Positions 1 through 8,478 of a stretch of 30,769 nt of DNA are shown one piece after another. The stretch comes from a virus (Duplodnaviria > Heunggongvirae > Uroviricota > Caudoviricetes), in the IMG/VR virus record IMGVR_UViG_2802429253_000014, positions 1-30,769 of that record. The stretch is one strand, 5' to 3'. The position numbers and the translations under genes are program-made. Under the pieces are notes generated by a model that was not told where the DNA came from, did no database searches, and saw only the letters and a list, made by a program, of their open reading frames with translations. How positions within the stretch are numbered: the first letter of the stretch is position 1; each line of letters starts with the position of its first letter.

Positions 1-237
1 ATGGAACTGTTTGTCATTTCTTCAAAACTCCCTTTGCGTAAACGCATTAAACTGGTCATCCCACTTTTTAAAGGTGTTATGACCATCCTCTGTGGTTACA
101 ACTGGTCGCTTAAATTCAGACCTGCTGGGAAAGCGCAGGCCGACGGGTTAAGCTTTGACGTCTATCAGGACGACGTTACATCGCAAGGTGCGCTTATCGT
201 CTTGGTCGATAGCAAACGGACTATGCTGCATGATTAG
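1..237 (+). CDS. hypothetical protein; possibly the 3' part of a flanking host gene next to attL (may be truncated by the window edge)
   Basis: Open frame from window position 1 to a TAG at 235-237, ending 3 bp before the int stop. No motif recognised. Not part of the canonical P2 map. Confidence 0.3.
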   Translation: MELFVISSKLPLRKRIKLVIPLFKGVMTILCGYNWSLKFRPAGKAQADGLSFDVYQDDVTSQGALIVLVDSKRTMLHD

Positions 238-240
238 TTA

Positions 241-1221
241 TCAAACCGTTAAACCTCCCTTTAGCGGGTTTAATGCTACTGCGTTTTGCAGGTAATCAGG
301 TGCAAGGTGCGCGTAGGCCATCGTCTGCTGAATGCTTGCGTGTCCGAGAATCTGTTGCAACGCAATAATATTGCCCCCGTTCATCATGAAATGGCTTGCG
401 AAGGTATGGCGCAGGATATGGGTTGCCTGATTGGGTGGGATATCAGGTTTTACTCTGCGTAAAATTCCACAAAACTTCTCATAATCGACCTTGAACAATT
501 TAGCGCTGGCCTCCTCTTTAACTTTCTTCTCCAGTTCCTCAGAAATCGGCACGGTTCGCTTTTTACCGTTTTTGGTTTTCAGGAAGGTAACCCTACAACT
601 TGTAATCTGTGCTGGTTTTAGCGTGGCAACTTCCGTCCATCTTCCTCCAGTGCTCAGACATAAAAGCGCGACAAGTAAGTCATCACCAGTCAAAACATTT
701 AACAGTTTTTTGATTTCTGCTTTTTCCAGGAACGTCATTTCCGGGTTGGCTTCCGCCAGTGGCGGCAGTCCGTGAATCGGATGTTGCCCGGAAAACTCAT
801 CTAGCTGGATTAGCTTGGTGAACATGCCCGATAAGCGGTACATGTCACGATTTATCGTCGCCGCGCTGATGCCATCGCGTAGACGAGCAGAGCGGTAATC
901 CATCAGGCATTTTTTATTTAACCTGCTGACCTGTATGTCACCCAATCCGCTGATGGTTTTGCGCAAATGCCCTCGCTCTTTTTCTCCGTGTTCGTGATTC
1001 TGGCCGTGATACTTCCACCATGCCTCTAACAGCTCTGACAGGGGGCGGCGGTCTGTTCGCTGGCCTGCCCATTCTTTCTGGCTGGCGTTGGCGATTGTGT
1101 ACCGCTCAAATGCCACCGCCTCAGCTTTTCTTTCAAACTTCCTGCGGATGCGTTTTCCGTCGCGACCGCGAGGTCTAATGTCCACTTCATAGCGACCATC
1201 ATCGAGCTTCTTAATTGACAT
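241..1221 (-). CDS. int: tyrosine integrase (P2 Int family)
   Basis: N-terminus MSIKKLDDGRYEVDIRP parallels P2 Int (MAIKKLDDGRYEVDIR) by recall; C-terminal HxLRHTFAS...ILGH...Y catalytic-type motifs. Start chosen at ATG 1219-1221 (GGAGGG upstream) rather than the ORF-track start at 1251. About half identical to P2 Int by eye, so a different integration specificity is likely. Confidence 0.9.
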   Translation of the reverse strand: MSIKKLDDGRYEVDIRPRGRDGKRIRRKFERKAEAVAFERYTIANASQKEWAGQRTDRRPLSELLEAWWKYHGQNHEHGEKERGHLRKTISGLGDIQVSRLNKKCLMDYRSARLRDGISAATINRDMYRLSGMFTKLIQLDEFSGQHPIHGLPPLAEANPEMTFLEKAEIKKLLNVLTGDDLLVALLCLSTGGRWTEVATLKPAQITSCRVTFLKTKNGKKRTVPISEELEKKVKEEASAKLFKVDYEKFCGILRRVKPDIPPNQATHILRHTFASHFMMNGGNIIALQQILGHASIQQTMAYAHLAPDYLQNAVALNPLKGGLTV

Positions 1222-1290
1222 AAGAAAGCCCTCCGGCGCTGTACTCACCATCTTGGTAACAAATGGTGAAAATGTAATGTTTATAGAGAG

Positions 1291-1584
1291 TTAACCAGTC
1301 TGTTTCTCGGAGCGGTCTGATTCTGTTGGTTCTCGCCCAATGTGTGCGAGAGCCGGTGCAATCTGACCAGCTTGCGGAGCTGTTTTATCTGTCATTAGCC
1401 AAAGGGTGTATTTCTGAAACTGAGGGGTGTTTGTGATTTTCATCACCACTCCCAAGCCGGGCTCTGCATGTCCTCCCTCGTAATTTTTTAACGTGCTAAG
1501 TGCTAGGCCGCTGATTTCACAAAACTTTACTTGAGTTAAACCCTCTGCTTTACGTATTGCCTTAATTTTATCGGCTACTTTCAT
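1291..1584 (-). CDS. C: immunity repressor C (P2 C-like, HTH)
   Basis: 97 aa; position and orientation match P2 C; C-terminal ...TPQFQKYTLWLMTDKTAPQAGQIAPALAH... resembles the P2 C C-terminus by recall, N-terminal HTH part diverged. Confidence 0.8.
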   Translation of the reverse strand: MKVADKIKAIRKAEGLTQVKFCEISGLALSTLKNYEGGHAEPGLGVVMKITNTPQFQKYTLWLMTDKTAPQAGQIAPALAHIGREPTESDRSEKQTG

Positions 1585-1738
1585 TTGACATGGTTCCTAG
1601 TTAAAGACTATATTGCCGCAAAAGGTCTAAAGGTAAGAACCTTTTGGGGTGCACAAACCAGTCCCTAGTAAGGACAGGAGCGACTTGTAAGGGACTGGAA
1701 CTAACAAGGGTAACACGAAAGCAAAAAGGGGCTAACCA
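1585..1738. promoter_or_regulatory. immunity switch region (expected Pc/Pe promoters and operator) between C and cox
   Basis: Intergenic region between divergently coded C and cox. Contains a perfect 9-bp inverted repeat CCAGTCCCT (1658-1666) / AGGGACTGG (1689-1697) enclosing two GTAAGG direct repeats, plus the palindrome AAAGGT-N5-ACCTTT at 1628-1644. Confidence 0.5.
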
Positions 1739-2011
1739 ATGGGAGTCAGTGACTATGTGATTCAGTACCCGCTTGATGCGGTACATACGGTTAAGTTTGC
1801 AGAGTTACTTGGTAAGCCAGAAACGGCTGTAGTCAAGATGGTAAAAGAGAATAAATTGCCAGTTATTGAGCTTCGGGATCCAAGTAAGCCGAACGCTCGT
1901 GTCGGTGAGAAGTGGGTTTTTATTCCAGAGTTTAATCGTGCTGTGCGTGAGGCATTCTACAACCGACCGGTTGAACAGCGCGACGCGTGGCTGCTGTGGA
2001 TGGGGCTTTAA
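1739..2011 (+). CDS. cox: Cox-like excisionase / early transcriptional regulator
   Basis: 90 aa; position after C; C-terminus ...RDAWLLWMGL and central ...ENKLPVIELRDP...GEKWVFIPEFN... parallel P2 Cox (...KLPVIDMTDP...GEYWVYLPAWN...RDGWLMWLGL) by recall. Confidence 0.75.
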   Translation: MGVSDYVIQYPLDAVHTVKFAELLGKPETAVVKMVKENKLPVIELRDPSKPNARVGEKWVFIPEFNRAVREAFYNRPVEQRDAWLLWMGL

Positions 2012-2065
2012 ATCATTGCTAAATCAGGCTGTCGGCAACGGGGCGGACGGCATAAGGGGAAAGTC

Positions 2066-2254
2066 ATGGCGAATAAAAATAGTGCGAACCAGTGCGGCAC
2101 AGATAAGGCACTGACGCAGAGAGAAATTTTAGAACTGGCGGTAAAAATCGGGGATTTCATTAAAGAAGAGGCCGGACGCTTAGATAAACAGGTGTCCGGC
2201 AAAGATATCAGCGTTATCGCTGGCGTCATTGATTTTCTGTCTTATGACGAATGA
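2066..2254 (+). CDS. hypothetical early protein (orf78 position)
   Basis: 62-aa ORF with AGGGGA Shine-Dalgarno about 7 nt upstream of the ATG; sits between cox and B. No motif recognised. Confidence 0.5.
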   Translation: MANKNSANQCGTDKALTQREILELAVKIGDFIKEEAGRLDKQVSGKDISVIAGVIDFLSYDE

Positions 2255-2258
2255 TGCA

Positions 2259-2432
2259 TTAACTGGAGGCTAATTTCTCCTCGAGCTTTTTTTCCAATAC
2301 TGGATAAATCGAGTCAAAGAGACGTTGAGTGTGCTTATCCAGCGTAACGTTGGGGTTCATGTGAGGTATGGAGGAGCTGATTACCACGCAAGTTTGCTCA
2401 AAGAGAAATTTTACCTTTTCTTCATTATTCAT
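2259..2432 (-). CDS. hypothetical small protein, antisense to the early operon
   Basis: 57 aa from internal ATG (MNNEEKVKF...) with AAGGGA Shine-Dalgarno upstream; AT-rich; convergent with the preceding plus-strand ORF. No homolog recalled. Confidence 0.35.
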   Translation of the reverse strand: MNNEEKVKFLFEQTCVVISSSIPHMNPNVTLDKHTQRLFDSIYPVLEKKLEEKLASS

Positions 2433-2548
2433 GATTTTTTCCCTTGTGTTATTAACTAATTGCATACATGTGGAGTGTAGCGTTTGGAGCATATCACAAG
2501 ACCATGTGCCGGACATGGCTAAAAACCGGCTCTGTTTCAGGAGGAGTT

Positions 2549-2719
2549 ATGCAGGAACCTCGTTGTATTGCTCAGTTATTGCGTAACGAAAGCCCCAGGG
2601 CGATTGACTTCACCATCACCCATGGGAAGGGGCGCAAAGGCATCATTATTCGCACCAAAAAACAGAGTCCGTTAAAGAAGGCTCTGACCTTTCTGAAAAG
2701 CCGGAGGGTATGGAAATGA
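2549..2719 (+). CDS. hypothetical small basic protein
   Basis: 56 aa from ATG 2549 with strong AGGAGG Shine-Dalgarno; lysine/arginine-rich; ends overlapping the B start. Confidence 0.5.
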   Translation: MQEPRCIAQLLRNESPRAIDFTITHGKGRKGIIIRTKKQSPLKKALTFLKSRRVWK

Positions 2720-3216
2720 CAGTGATGACGCTCAATCTCGTTGAAAAACAACCAGCAACTATGCGCCGGATAATTGGTAAGCATCTTGCAGTCCCTCGCT
2801 GGCAGGAGACATGTGATTATTATAATCAGATGATGGAGCGCGAACGGCTAACGGTTTGCTTCCATGCGCAGTTAAAACAGCGTCATGCAACGATGCGTTT
2901 TGAAGAAATGAACGACGTCGAACGTGAACGGCTGGTTTGTGCAATTGATGAATTGCGTGGGGCATTCTCAAAACGCCGTCAGGTCGGTGCAAGTGAGTAT
3001 GCATATATTAGCTTTTTAACTGTCAGTCAGCGCCGTACTTTATTTATGCATGCCGGATTGACTGAAAAAGAATTCAACCAGCCATACTGGCGAATTAATG
3101 AAGAGTCATGTTACTGGCGTGATGCTTTATTCCGTGCATTACGTGAATTGTTTAGCCTGTTTGAGTATGCACCGACAATTCTGACATCGGTAAAACCAGA
3201 GCAATATCTGCATTAA
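2710..3216 (+). CDS. B: replication protein B (helicase-loader-like)
   Basis: Near-identical to P2 gpB by recall (MTVMTLNLVEKQPA...RWQETCDYYNQMMERERLTVCFHAQLKQRH...). True start may be 2716 or 2722. Confidence 0.85.
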   Translation: MEMTVMTLNLVEKQPATMRRIIGKHLAVPRWQETCDYYNQMMERERLTVCFHAQLKQRHATMRFEEMNDVERERLVCAIDELRGAFSKRRQVGASEYAYISFLTVSQRRTLFMHAGLTEKEFNQPYWRINEESCYWRDALFRALRELFSLFEYAPTILTSVKPEQYLH

Positions 3217-3279
3217 ATAATTAACCAGAGTTTTTAACGCACTTAATCGTGCGGGGCTTCTTTTTGCCTGGAGAAAGTC

Positions 3280-3504
3280 ATGCATACAGTTTCTGAAAAT
3301 CAGTGCGGTAAATACGCATTACTGCTGCAACAGGCCAGAACCGAAGCACAGGCCGACGCTGCGACGCGCTTTTCTTCTCATCTTGACGCCATGATTCGCC
3401 ACATCACAAAGGCCGAGTTATCCCGCGTGGAGATAGTCGAGCTGCTCAGTCAGGAGTCGGAAAAATTTCACAATATCGGATTGTCTCGCGGGGAGGTACT
3501 TTGA
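3280..3504 (+). CDS. hypothetical protein (P2 orf80 position)
   Basis: 74-aa ORF in the B-A interval; stop overlaps the next start (ATGA-type coupling). Confidence 0.6.
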   Translation: MHTVSENQCGKYALLLQQARTEAQADAATRFSSHLDAMIRHITKAELSRVEIVELLSQESEKFHNIGLSRGEVL

Positions 3505-3803
3505 TGTCCTGTTCCCATTCAGTTGTATTACTGAATAACGCCTTAAAAATCGCCGTTATGGAAAATGGTGATTTGTCTCTTATTCAACTTTGTCTTGATA
3601 AAGAAAAACGCGACATAACTGAATCTGTTATCGCGATTTATCAGAATGAATTAAACCTCCTGTCTGATGTGGTCAATTTACTTGTTAAACGCGCTGTATT
3701 CCACAAGCAAATTTCCTCAGTGGATGAACTGACAAAATTAACGACAGAACTTGCCAGTTATTGCGCTGATGTATCCAGGAAACTTAACGATAAAAGGAGC
3801 TGA
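3501..3803 (+). CDS. hypothetical protein (P2 orf81 position)
   Basis: 100-aa ORF, coupled to neighbours. Confidence 0.6.
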   Translation: MMSCSHSVVLLNNALKIAVMENGDLSLIQLCLDKEKRDITESVIAIYQNELNLLSDVVNLLVKRAVFHKQISSVDELTKLTTELASYCADVSRKLNDKRS

Positions 3804-3805
3804 TA

Positions 3806-4030
3806 ATGCAGGACAACGTAGATTTTATTCAGGAACAACAGGCTGAATTACTGGAGCGCCAGATTAACGCGTCAAGGGTAAAACATTTCGGTGCTTCTGC
3901 GCTGGTTTGCGAAGAGTGTGACGCGCCAATACCTGCTGCCCGTCGTGCGGCTTATCCGTCAGCCACGCGTTGTGTTTCCTGTCAGTCAGTCTTTGAAGCA
4001 AAAAACAAACATTACCGGAGAACGGCATGA
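3806..4030 (+). CDS. TraR/DksA-family C4 zinc-finger protein (P2 orf82 position)
   Basis: 74 aa with CEEC...CVSC four-cysteine motif in typical TraR spacing. Confidence 0.7.
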   Translation: MQDNVDFIQEQQAELLERQINASRVKHFGASALVCEECDAPIPAARRAAYPSATRCVSCQSVFEAKNKHYRRTA

Positions 4031-4302
4031 GTATTCGTATTGAAATTGGCGAACGTTATGTCGTTACCAGTGACAGCTTTCAGTTTATTCTCCACGAGAA
4101 AAAGAGAGCGGAAAGCGGTAAAAACGCCGGTCAGGAATGGCTGGCGGTGGTTGGTTATTACCCGAAATTAAGCCAGCTCGTTTCCGGCATGATGCATCAC
4201 GATATTCTGACCGGAAGCGCAAAATCTTTTGCTGATTTAAACGCGCAGGTTGAGCAACTCAGCAAGCGTTGTTCAGAGGCTTTTGGCTCACATGGCCGTT
4301 AA
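4027..4302 (+). CDS. hypothetical protein (P2 orf83 position)
   Basis: 91-aa ORF immediately upstream of and overlapping the A start. Confidence 0.6.
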   Translation: MSIRIEIGERYVVTSDSFQFILHEKKRAESGKNAGQEWLAVVGYYPKLSQLVSGMMHHDILTGSAKSFADLNAQVEQLSKRCSEAFGSHGR

Positions 4303-6601
4303 AGCCTCCGGGCGTTTTGTCCCTCCGTCAGCATTTGCCGCAGGCACCGGTAAGGCGTTTACCGGTGCTTATGCATGGAACGCGCCACGCGAGGCCGTCG
4401 GGCGAGAAAGACCTCTTACACGTGACGAGATGCGTCAGGTGCAAGGTGTTTTATCCACGATTAACCGCCTGCCTTACTTTTTGCGCTCGCTGTTTACTTC
4501 ACGCTATGACTACATCCGGCGCAATAAAAGCCCGGTGCACGGGTTTTATTTTCTCACATCCACTTTTCAGCGTCGTTTATGGCCGCGCATTGAGCGTGTG
4601 AATCAGCGCCATGAAATGAACACCGACGCGTCGTTGCTGTTTCTGGCAGAGCGTGACCATTATGCGCGTCTGCCGGGGATGAATGACAAGGAGCTGAAAA
4701 AGTTTGCCGCCCGTATCTCATCGCAGCTTTTCATGATGTATGAGGAACTCTGCGATGCCTGGGTGGATGCGCATGGCGAAAAAGAATCGCTGTTTACGGA
4801 TGAGGCGCAGGATCATCTGTATGGTCATGTTGCTGGCGCTGCACGTGCTTTCAATATTTCCCCGCTCTACTGGAAAAAATACCGTAAAGGACAGATAACC
4901 ACGAGGCAGGCATATTCTGCCATTGCCCGTCTGTTTAACGATGAGTGGTGGACTCATCAGCTTAAAGGCCAGCGTATGCGCTGGCATGAGGCGTTACTGA
5001 TTGCTGTCGGGGAGGTGAATAAAGACCGTTCTCCTTATGCCAGTAAACATGCCATTCGTGATGTACGTGCACGCCGCCAGGCAAATCTGGAATTTCTTAA
5101 ATCGTGTGACCTTGAAAACAGGGAAACCGGCGAGCGCATCGACCTTATCAGTAAGGTGATGGGCAGTATTTCTAATCCTGAAATTCGCCGGATGGAGCTG
5201 ATGAACACCATCGCCGGTATTGAGCGTTACGCCGCCGCAGAGGGTGATGTGGGGATGTTTATCACGCTGACCGCGCCGTCAAAGTATCATCCGACACGTC
5301 AGGTCAGAAAAGGCGAAAGTAAAACCGTCCAGCTAAATCACGGCTGGAATGATGAGGCATTTAATCCAAAGGATGCGCAGCGTTATCTCTGCCGTATCTG
5401 GAGCCTGATGCGCACGGCATTCAAGGATAATGATTTACAGGTCTACGGTTTGCGAGTCGTCGAGCCACACCACGACGGAACGCCGCACTGGCATATGATG
5501 CTTTTTTGTAATCCACGCCAGCGTAACCAGATTATCGAAATCATGCGTCGCTATGCGCTCAAAGAGGATGGCGACGAAAGAGGAGCCGCGCGAAACCGTT
5601 TTCAGGCGAAACACCTTAACCGGGGTGGTGCTGCGGGGTATATCGCGAAATACATCTCAAAAAATATCGACGGATATGCACTGGATGGTCAGCTCGATAA
5701 TGATACCGGCAGACCGCTGAAAGACACTGCCGCGGCTGTTACCGCATGGGCGTCAACGTGGCGCATCCCGCAATTTAAAACGGTTGGTCTGCCGACAATG
5801 GGGGCTTACCGTGAACTACGCAAATTGCCGCGCGGCGTCAGCATTGCTGATGAGTTTGACGAGCGCGTCGAGGCTGCACGCGCCGCCGCAGACAGTGGTG
5901 ATTTTGCGTTGTATATCAGCGCGCAGGGCGGGGCAAATGTCCCGCGCGATAGTCAGACTGTCAGGGTTGCCCGTAGTCCGTCGGATGACGTCAACGAATA
6001 CGAGGAGGAAGTCGAGAGAGTGGTCGGCATTTACGCGCCGCATCTCGGCGCGCGTCATATTCATATCACCAGAACGACGGACTGGCGCATTGTGCCGAAA
6101 GTTCCGGTCGTTGAGCCTTTGACTTTAAAAAGCGGCATCGCCGCGCCTCGGAGTCCTGTCAATAACTGTGGAAAGCTCACCGGTGGTGATACTTCGTTAC
6201 CGGCTCCCACACCTTCTGAGCACGCCGCAGCAGTGCTTAATCTGGTTGATGACGGTGTTATTGAATGGAATGAACCGGAGGTCGTGAGGGCGCTCAGGGG
6301 CGCATTAAAACACGGGCTGAGAACACCAAATCGTCAGCAGAGAAACGGAAGCCCGTTAAAACCGCATGAAATAGCGCCATCGGCCAGACTGACCCGGTCG
6401 GAACGATTGCAAATTACCCGTATCCGCGTTGATCTTGCTCAGAACGGTATCAGGCCTCAGCGATGGGAGCTTGAGGCGCTGGCGCGTGGGGCGACCGTAA
6501 ATTATGACGGGAAACAATTCACGTATCCGGTTGCTGATGAGTGGCCGGGATTTTTACAAACAGAAATTGTTTTTGGGATTAATAAGTTATCTCTAAGCTA
6601 A
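4292..6601 (+). CDS. A: replication initiation protein A (rolling-circle nickase)
   Basis: About 769 aa; near-identical to P2 gpA by recall (MAVKASGRFVPPSAFAAGTGKAF..., HWHMMLF HUH-type motif, ...AAGYIAKYISKN tyrosine region). Start chosen at ATG 4292, matching the P2 N-terminus, rather than the ORF-track start at 4250. Confidence 0.9.
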   Translation: MAVKASGRFVPPSAFAAGTGKAFTGAYAWNAPREAVGRERPLTRDEMRQVQGVLSTINRLPYFLRSLFTSRYDYIRRNKSPVHGFYFLTSTFQRRLWPRIERVNQRHEMNTDASLLFLAERDHYARLPGMNDKELKKFAARISSQLFMMYEELCDAWVDAHGEKESLFTDEAQDHLYGHVAGAARAFNISPLYWKKYRKGQITTRQAYSAIARLFNDEWWTHQLKGQRMRWHEALLIAVGEVNKDRSPYASKHAIRDVRARRQANLEFLKSCDLENRETGERIDLISKVMGSISNPEIRRMELMNTIAGIERYAAAEGDVGMFITLTAPSKYHPTRQVRKGESKTVQLNHGWNDEAFNPKDAQRYLCRIWSLMRTAFKDNDLQVYGLRVVEPHHDGTPHWHMMLFCNPRQRNQIIEIMRRYALKEDGDERGAARNRFQAKHLNRGGAAGYIAKYISKNIDGYALDGQLDNDTGRPLKDTAAAVTAWASTWRIPQFKTVGLPTMGAYRELRKLPRGVSIADEFDERVEAARAAADSGDFALYISAQGGANVPRDSQTVRVARSPSDDVNEYEEEVERVVGIYAPHLGARHIHITRTTDWRIVPKVPVVEPLTLKSGIAAPRSPVNNCGKLTGGDTSLPAPTPSEHAAAVLNLVDDGVIEWNEPEVVRALRGALKHGLRTPNRQQRNGSPLKPHEIAPSARLTRSERLQITRIRVDLAQNGIRPQRWELEALARGATVNYDGKQFTYPVADEWPGFLQTEIVFGINKLSLS

Positions 6602-6723
6602 GACGCTCAAAGCAAGAGATTATTTTACTGTACGTAGCCATCTGGAATTGTGGCTGTGTTAAAACGCTCGAGATTTTTTGGATATCCAGTTATACTCCGC
6701 TTAGAAATCATTCGGAGACTAAG

Positions 6724-7770
6724 ATGGCGGTAAAAGTTGTTGATCTTTTTTGCGGTGCTGGCGGTTTAACGCACGGCTTACATTTGGCCGGATTGGACGT
6801 TGTCGCAGGCATTGATTTAGAAGGTGAGTGTCGTGTTGCATACGAAAGCAATAATGATGCACTTTTTATTGAAAAAGATATATCTCTGGTGACAAAAGAT
6901 GAAATCGAAAATCTTTTTGAAGGGGCAAGTGTTAAAGTATTGGCCGGATGTGCACCTTGTCAGCCATTTTCTAAATATACTCAGGGAAAAGATAAAAAAA
7001 ATGATAAAAAGTGGCCGTTATTATATGAGTTTGAACGTTTAATAAAAGACACGAAACCAGAAATAGTTACAATGGAAAACGTTCCTGATGTGACAAAACA
7101 TTCTGTCTATGATGATTTTTATAATACCTTAATAGCATTGGGTTATTATGTTTGGGCAAATAAGATTGAATGTGTAGATTTTGAGGTTCCGCAAAACAGA
7201 GTGAGGCATGTATTACTCGCATCTAAATTTGCGCCGATTTCTCTGATGAAACCACAAACATCGGTAAAGCTGACAGTTAGGGATTGCATTGGTAATTTAC
7301 CTTCGATTGAAGCGGGACAAGCAGATCCAAAAGACCCTCTCCATAAGGCGAGTAGATTGAGTGAAATTAATCTCAAACGTATTCTACATTCAAAACCGGG
7401 GGGGACATGGAGGGATTGGCCTGCTGAATTAATCGCTTCATGTCATGCCAAGAAAAGTGGGCAGGGATATGCCAGTGTTTATGGTCGTATGTCTTGGGAT
7501 AAACCGAGTCCAACGATAACTACACTTTGTTATGGTTTTGGTAATGGACGTTTTGGTCATCCCGAGCAGCATCGTGCAATCTCACTTAGGGAAGCAGCAT
7601 TACTTCAAACGTTTCCTGTTACATATTCATTTACCCAACCGGGCGAGCCGATCAAAATGAAAAATGTCGGGCGTATGATAGGTAATGCTGTTCCTGTAAA
7701 CTTAGGTAAAGCGATTGGTCTTTCAATAGTACATCATTTGAAAGAGTTTCACCCCGCCGCTCTTAAATAA
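6724..7770 (+). CDS. DNA (cytosine-5) methyltransferase, Dcm-like
   Basis: 348 aa with canonical C5-MTase motifs in order: I FCGAGG, IV PCQPFS (catalytic Cys), VI ENV, VIII QNRVR, X GNAVP. GGAG Shine-Dalgarno; TATACT -10-like hexamer at 6691-6696. AT-rich relative to the phage core. Confidence 0.85.
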   Translation: MAVKVVDLFCGAGGLTHGLHLAGLDVVAGIDLEGECRVAYESNNDALFIEKDISLVTKDEIENLFEGASVKVLAGCAPCQPFSKYTQGKDKKNDKKWPLLYEFERLIKDTKPEIVTMENVPDVTKHSVYDDFYNTLIALGYYVWANKIECVDFEVPQNRVRHVLLASKFAPISLMKPQTSVKLTVRDCIGNLPSIEAGQADPKDPLHKASRLSEINLKRILHSKPGGTWRDWPAELIASCHAKKSGQGYASVYGRMSWDKPSPTITTLCYGFGNGRFGHPEQHRAISLREAALLQTFPVTYSFTQPGEPIKMKNVGRMIGNAVPVNLGKAIGLSIVHHLKEFHPAALK

Positions 7771-8468
7771 GCCTGAGTATCAAGATAAGTTTGTATATTT
7801 TCAAGGATGCAGTTGAGATAATGAAAAACTTCATCCTTCATTTCTGTTAGTGTATCAATAGATGTATCTCTGCCTTTGTTTCTAAATGATTCAGAACCAT
7901 GAGCAAGGTCGTTTCTGGCCTTTTTTATTGGAAGTAAATTGCAACCATTTCGCGTTATTTCTGAATCTGTATCTGCTGAGAAGCCATATTTTTCAGCGAC
8001 TTCTCTAATTTTTCTAGCATCAACATTTCCAGAAAATAACGGATTTTTATTTGATTGGATAAGTTTTTTGTGAGCGTTTAGCCACTCTTTAAATATAACT
8101 TTTGCAATGTTCCCTTGTGAGAAATCTATTTTCCCATTTGGTGATTGTAAACTATGAAATGCTACTCTTGTAAGGTTTTCATTTACAGTATCTGCACATA
8201 ATGATTCATTAGACATTAAAACATTATGAATGTCTTCTATTGCATTGGAAATGGTTGCTTCAATGAGATTGTACAATATAATAAATGCATTAGCCTTTAA
8301 AATATGAGTCATATCAATATCAATGGGTTGTTGTATAGGCGCATCGCTTGTATTCTCTTTATAGACTAGAGATGGTTTTTTGTTTATTAGTAACTGAATG
8401 AATGAGAAGTATTCATTAATATCTTGCATTCTTTCTTGGAAAAGAATTTTACTTGTCATCTCCTCCAT
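7749..8468 (-). CDS. HEPN-motif protein (predicted RNase-type effector)
   Basis: 239 aa; C-terminal ...KKARNDLAHGSESF... fits the HEPN Rx4-6H signature (R185, H190, coded at 7899-7916). Co-oriented 10 bp downstream of the DUF262 gene; very AT-rich. Family assignment is tentative and resembles what I recall as MAE_28990-type HEPN proteins. Confidence 0.65.
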   Translation of the reverse strand: MEEMTSKILFQERMQDINEYFSFIQLLINKKPSLVYKENTSDAPIQQPIDIDMTHILKANAFIILYNLIEATISNAIEDIHNVLMSNESLCADTVNENLTRVAFHSLQSPNGKIDFSQGNIAKVIFKEWLNAHKKLIQSNKNPLFSGNVDARKIREVAEKYGFSADTDSEITRNGCNLLPIKKARNDLAHGSESFRNKGRDTSIDTLTEMKDEVFHYLNCILENIQTYLDTQAYLRAAG

Positions 8469-8478
8469 TTACTTGGCC

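Noticed and set aside
491-775. 94-codon plus-strand ORF inside int
   Set aside because: Antisense to the integrase coding sequence, with no conservation rationale.
4269-4601. 110-codon ORF in an alternate frame at the start of A, and the longer in-frame A start at 4250
   Set aside because: The alternate frame is out of frame with the conserved A N-terminus. For the start, ATG 4292 gives the N-terminus MAVKASGRF... that matches P2 gpA by recall; 4250 would add 14 residues, so it was not chosen.
7749-8468. Possibility that the second cargo gene is a DUF1524/His-Me (GmrD-like) nuclease, which would make the pair a split GmrSD type IV enzyme
   Set aside because: I could not find the His-Me finger pattern (EHxxP...N...N); the only catalytic-looking motif is RNDLAH, which fits HEPN. 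A profile search is still needed to be certain.
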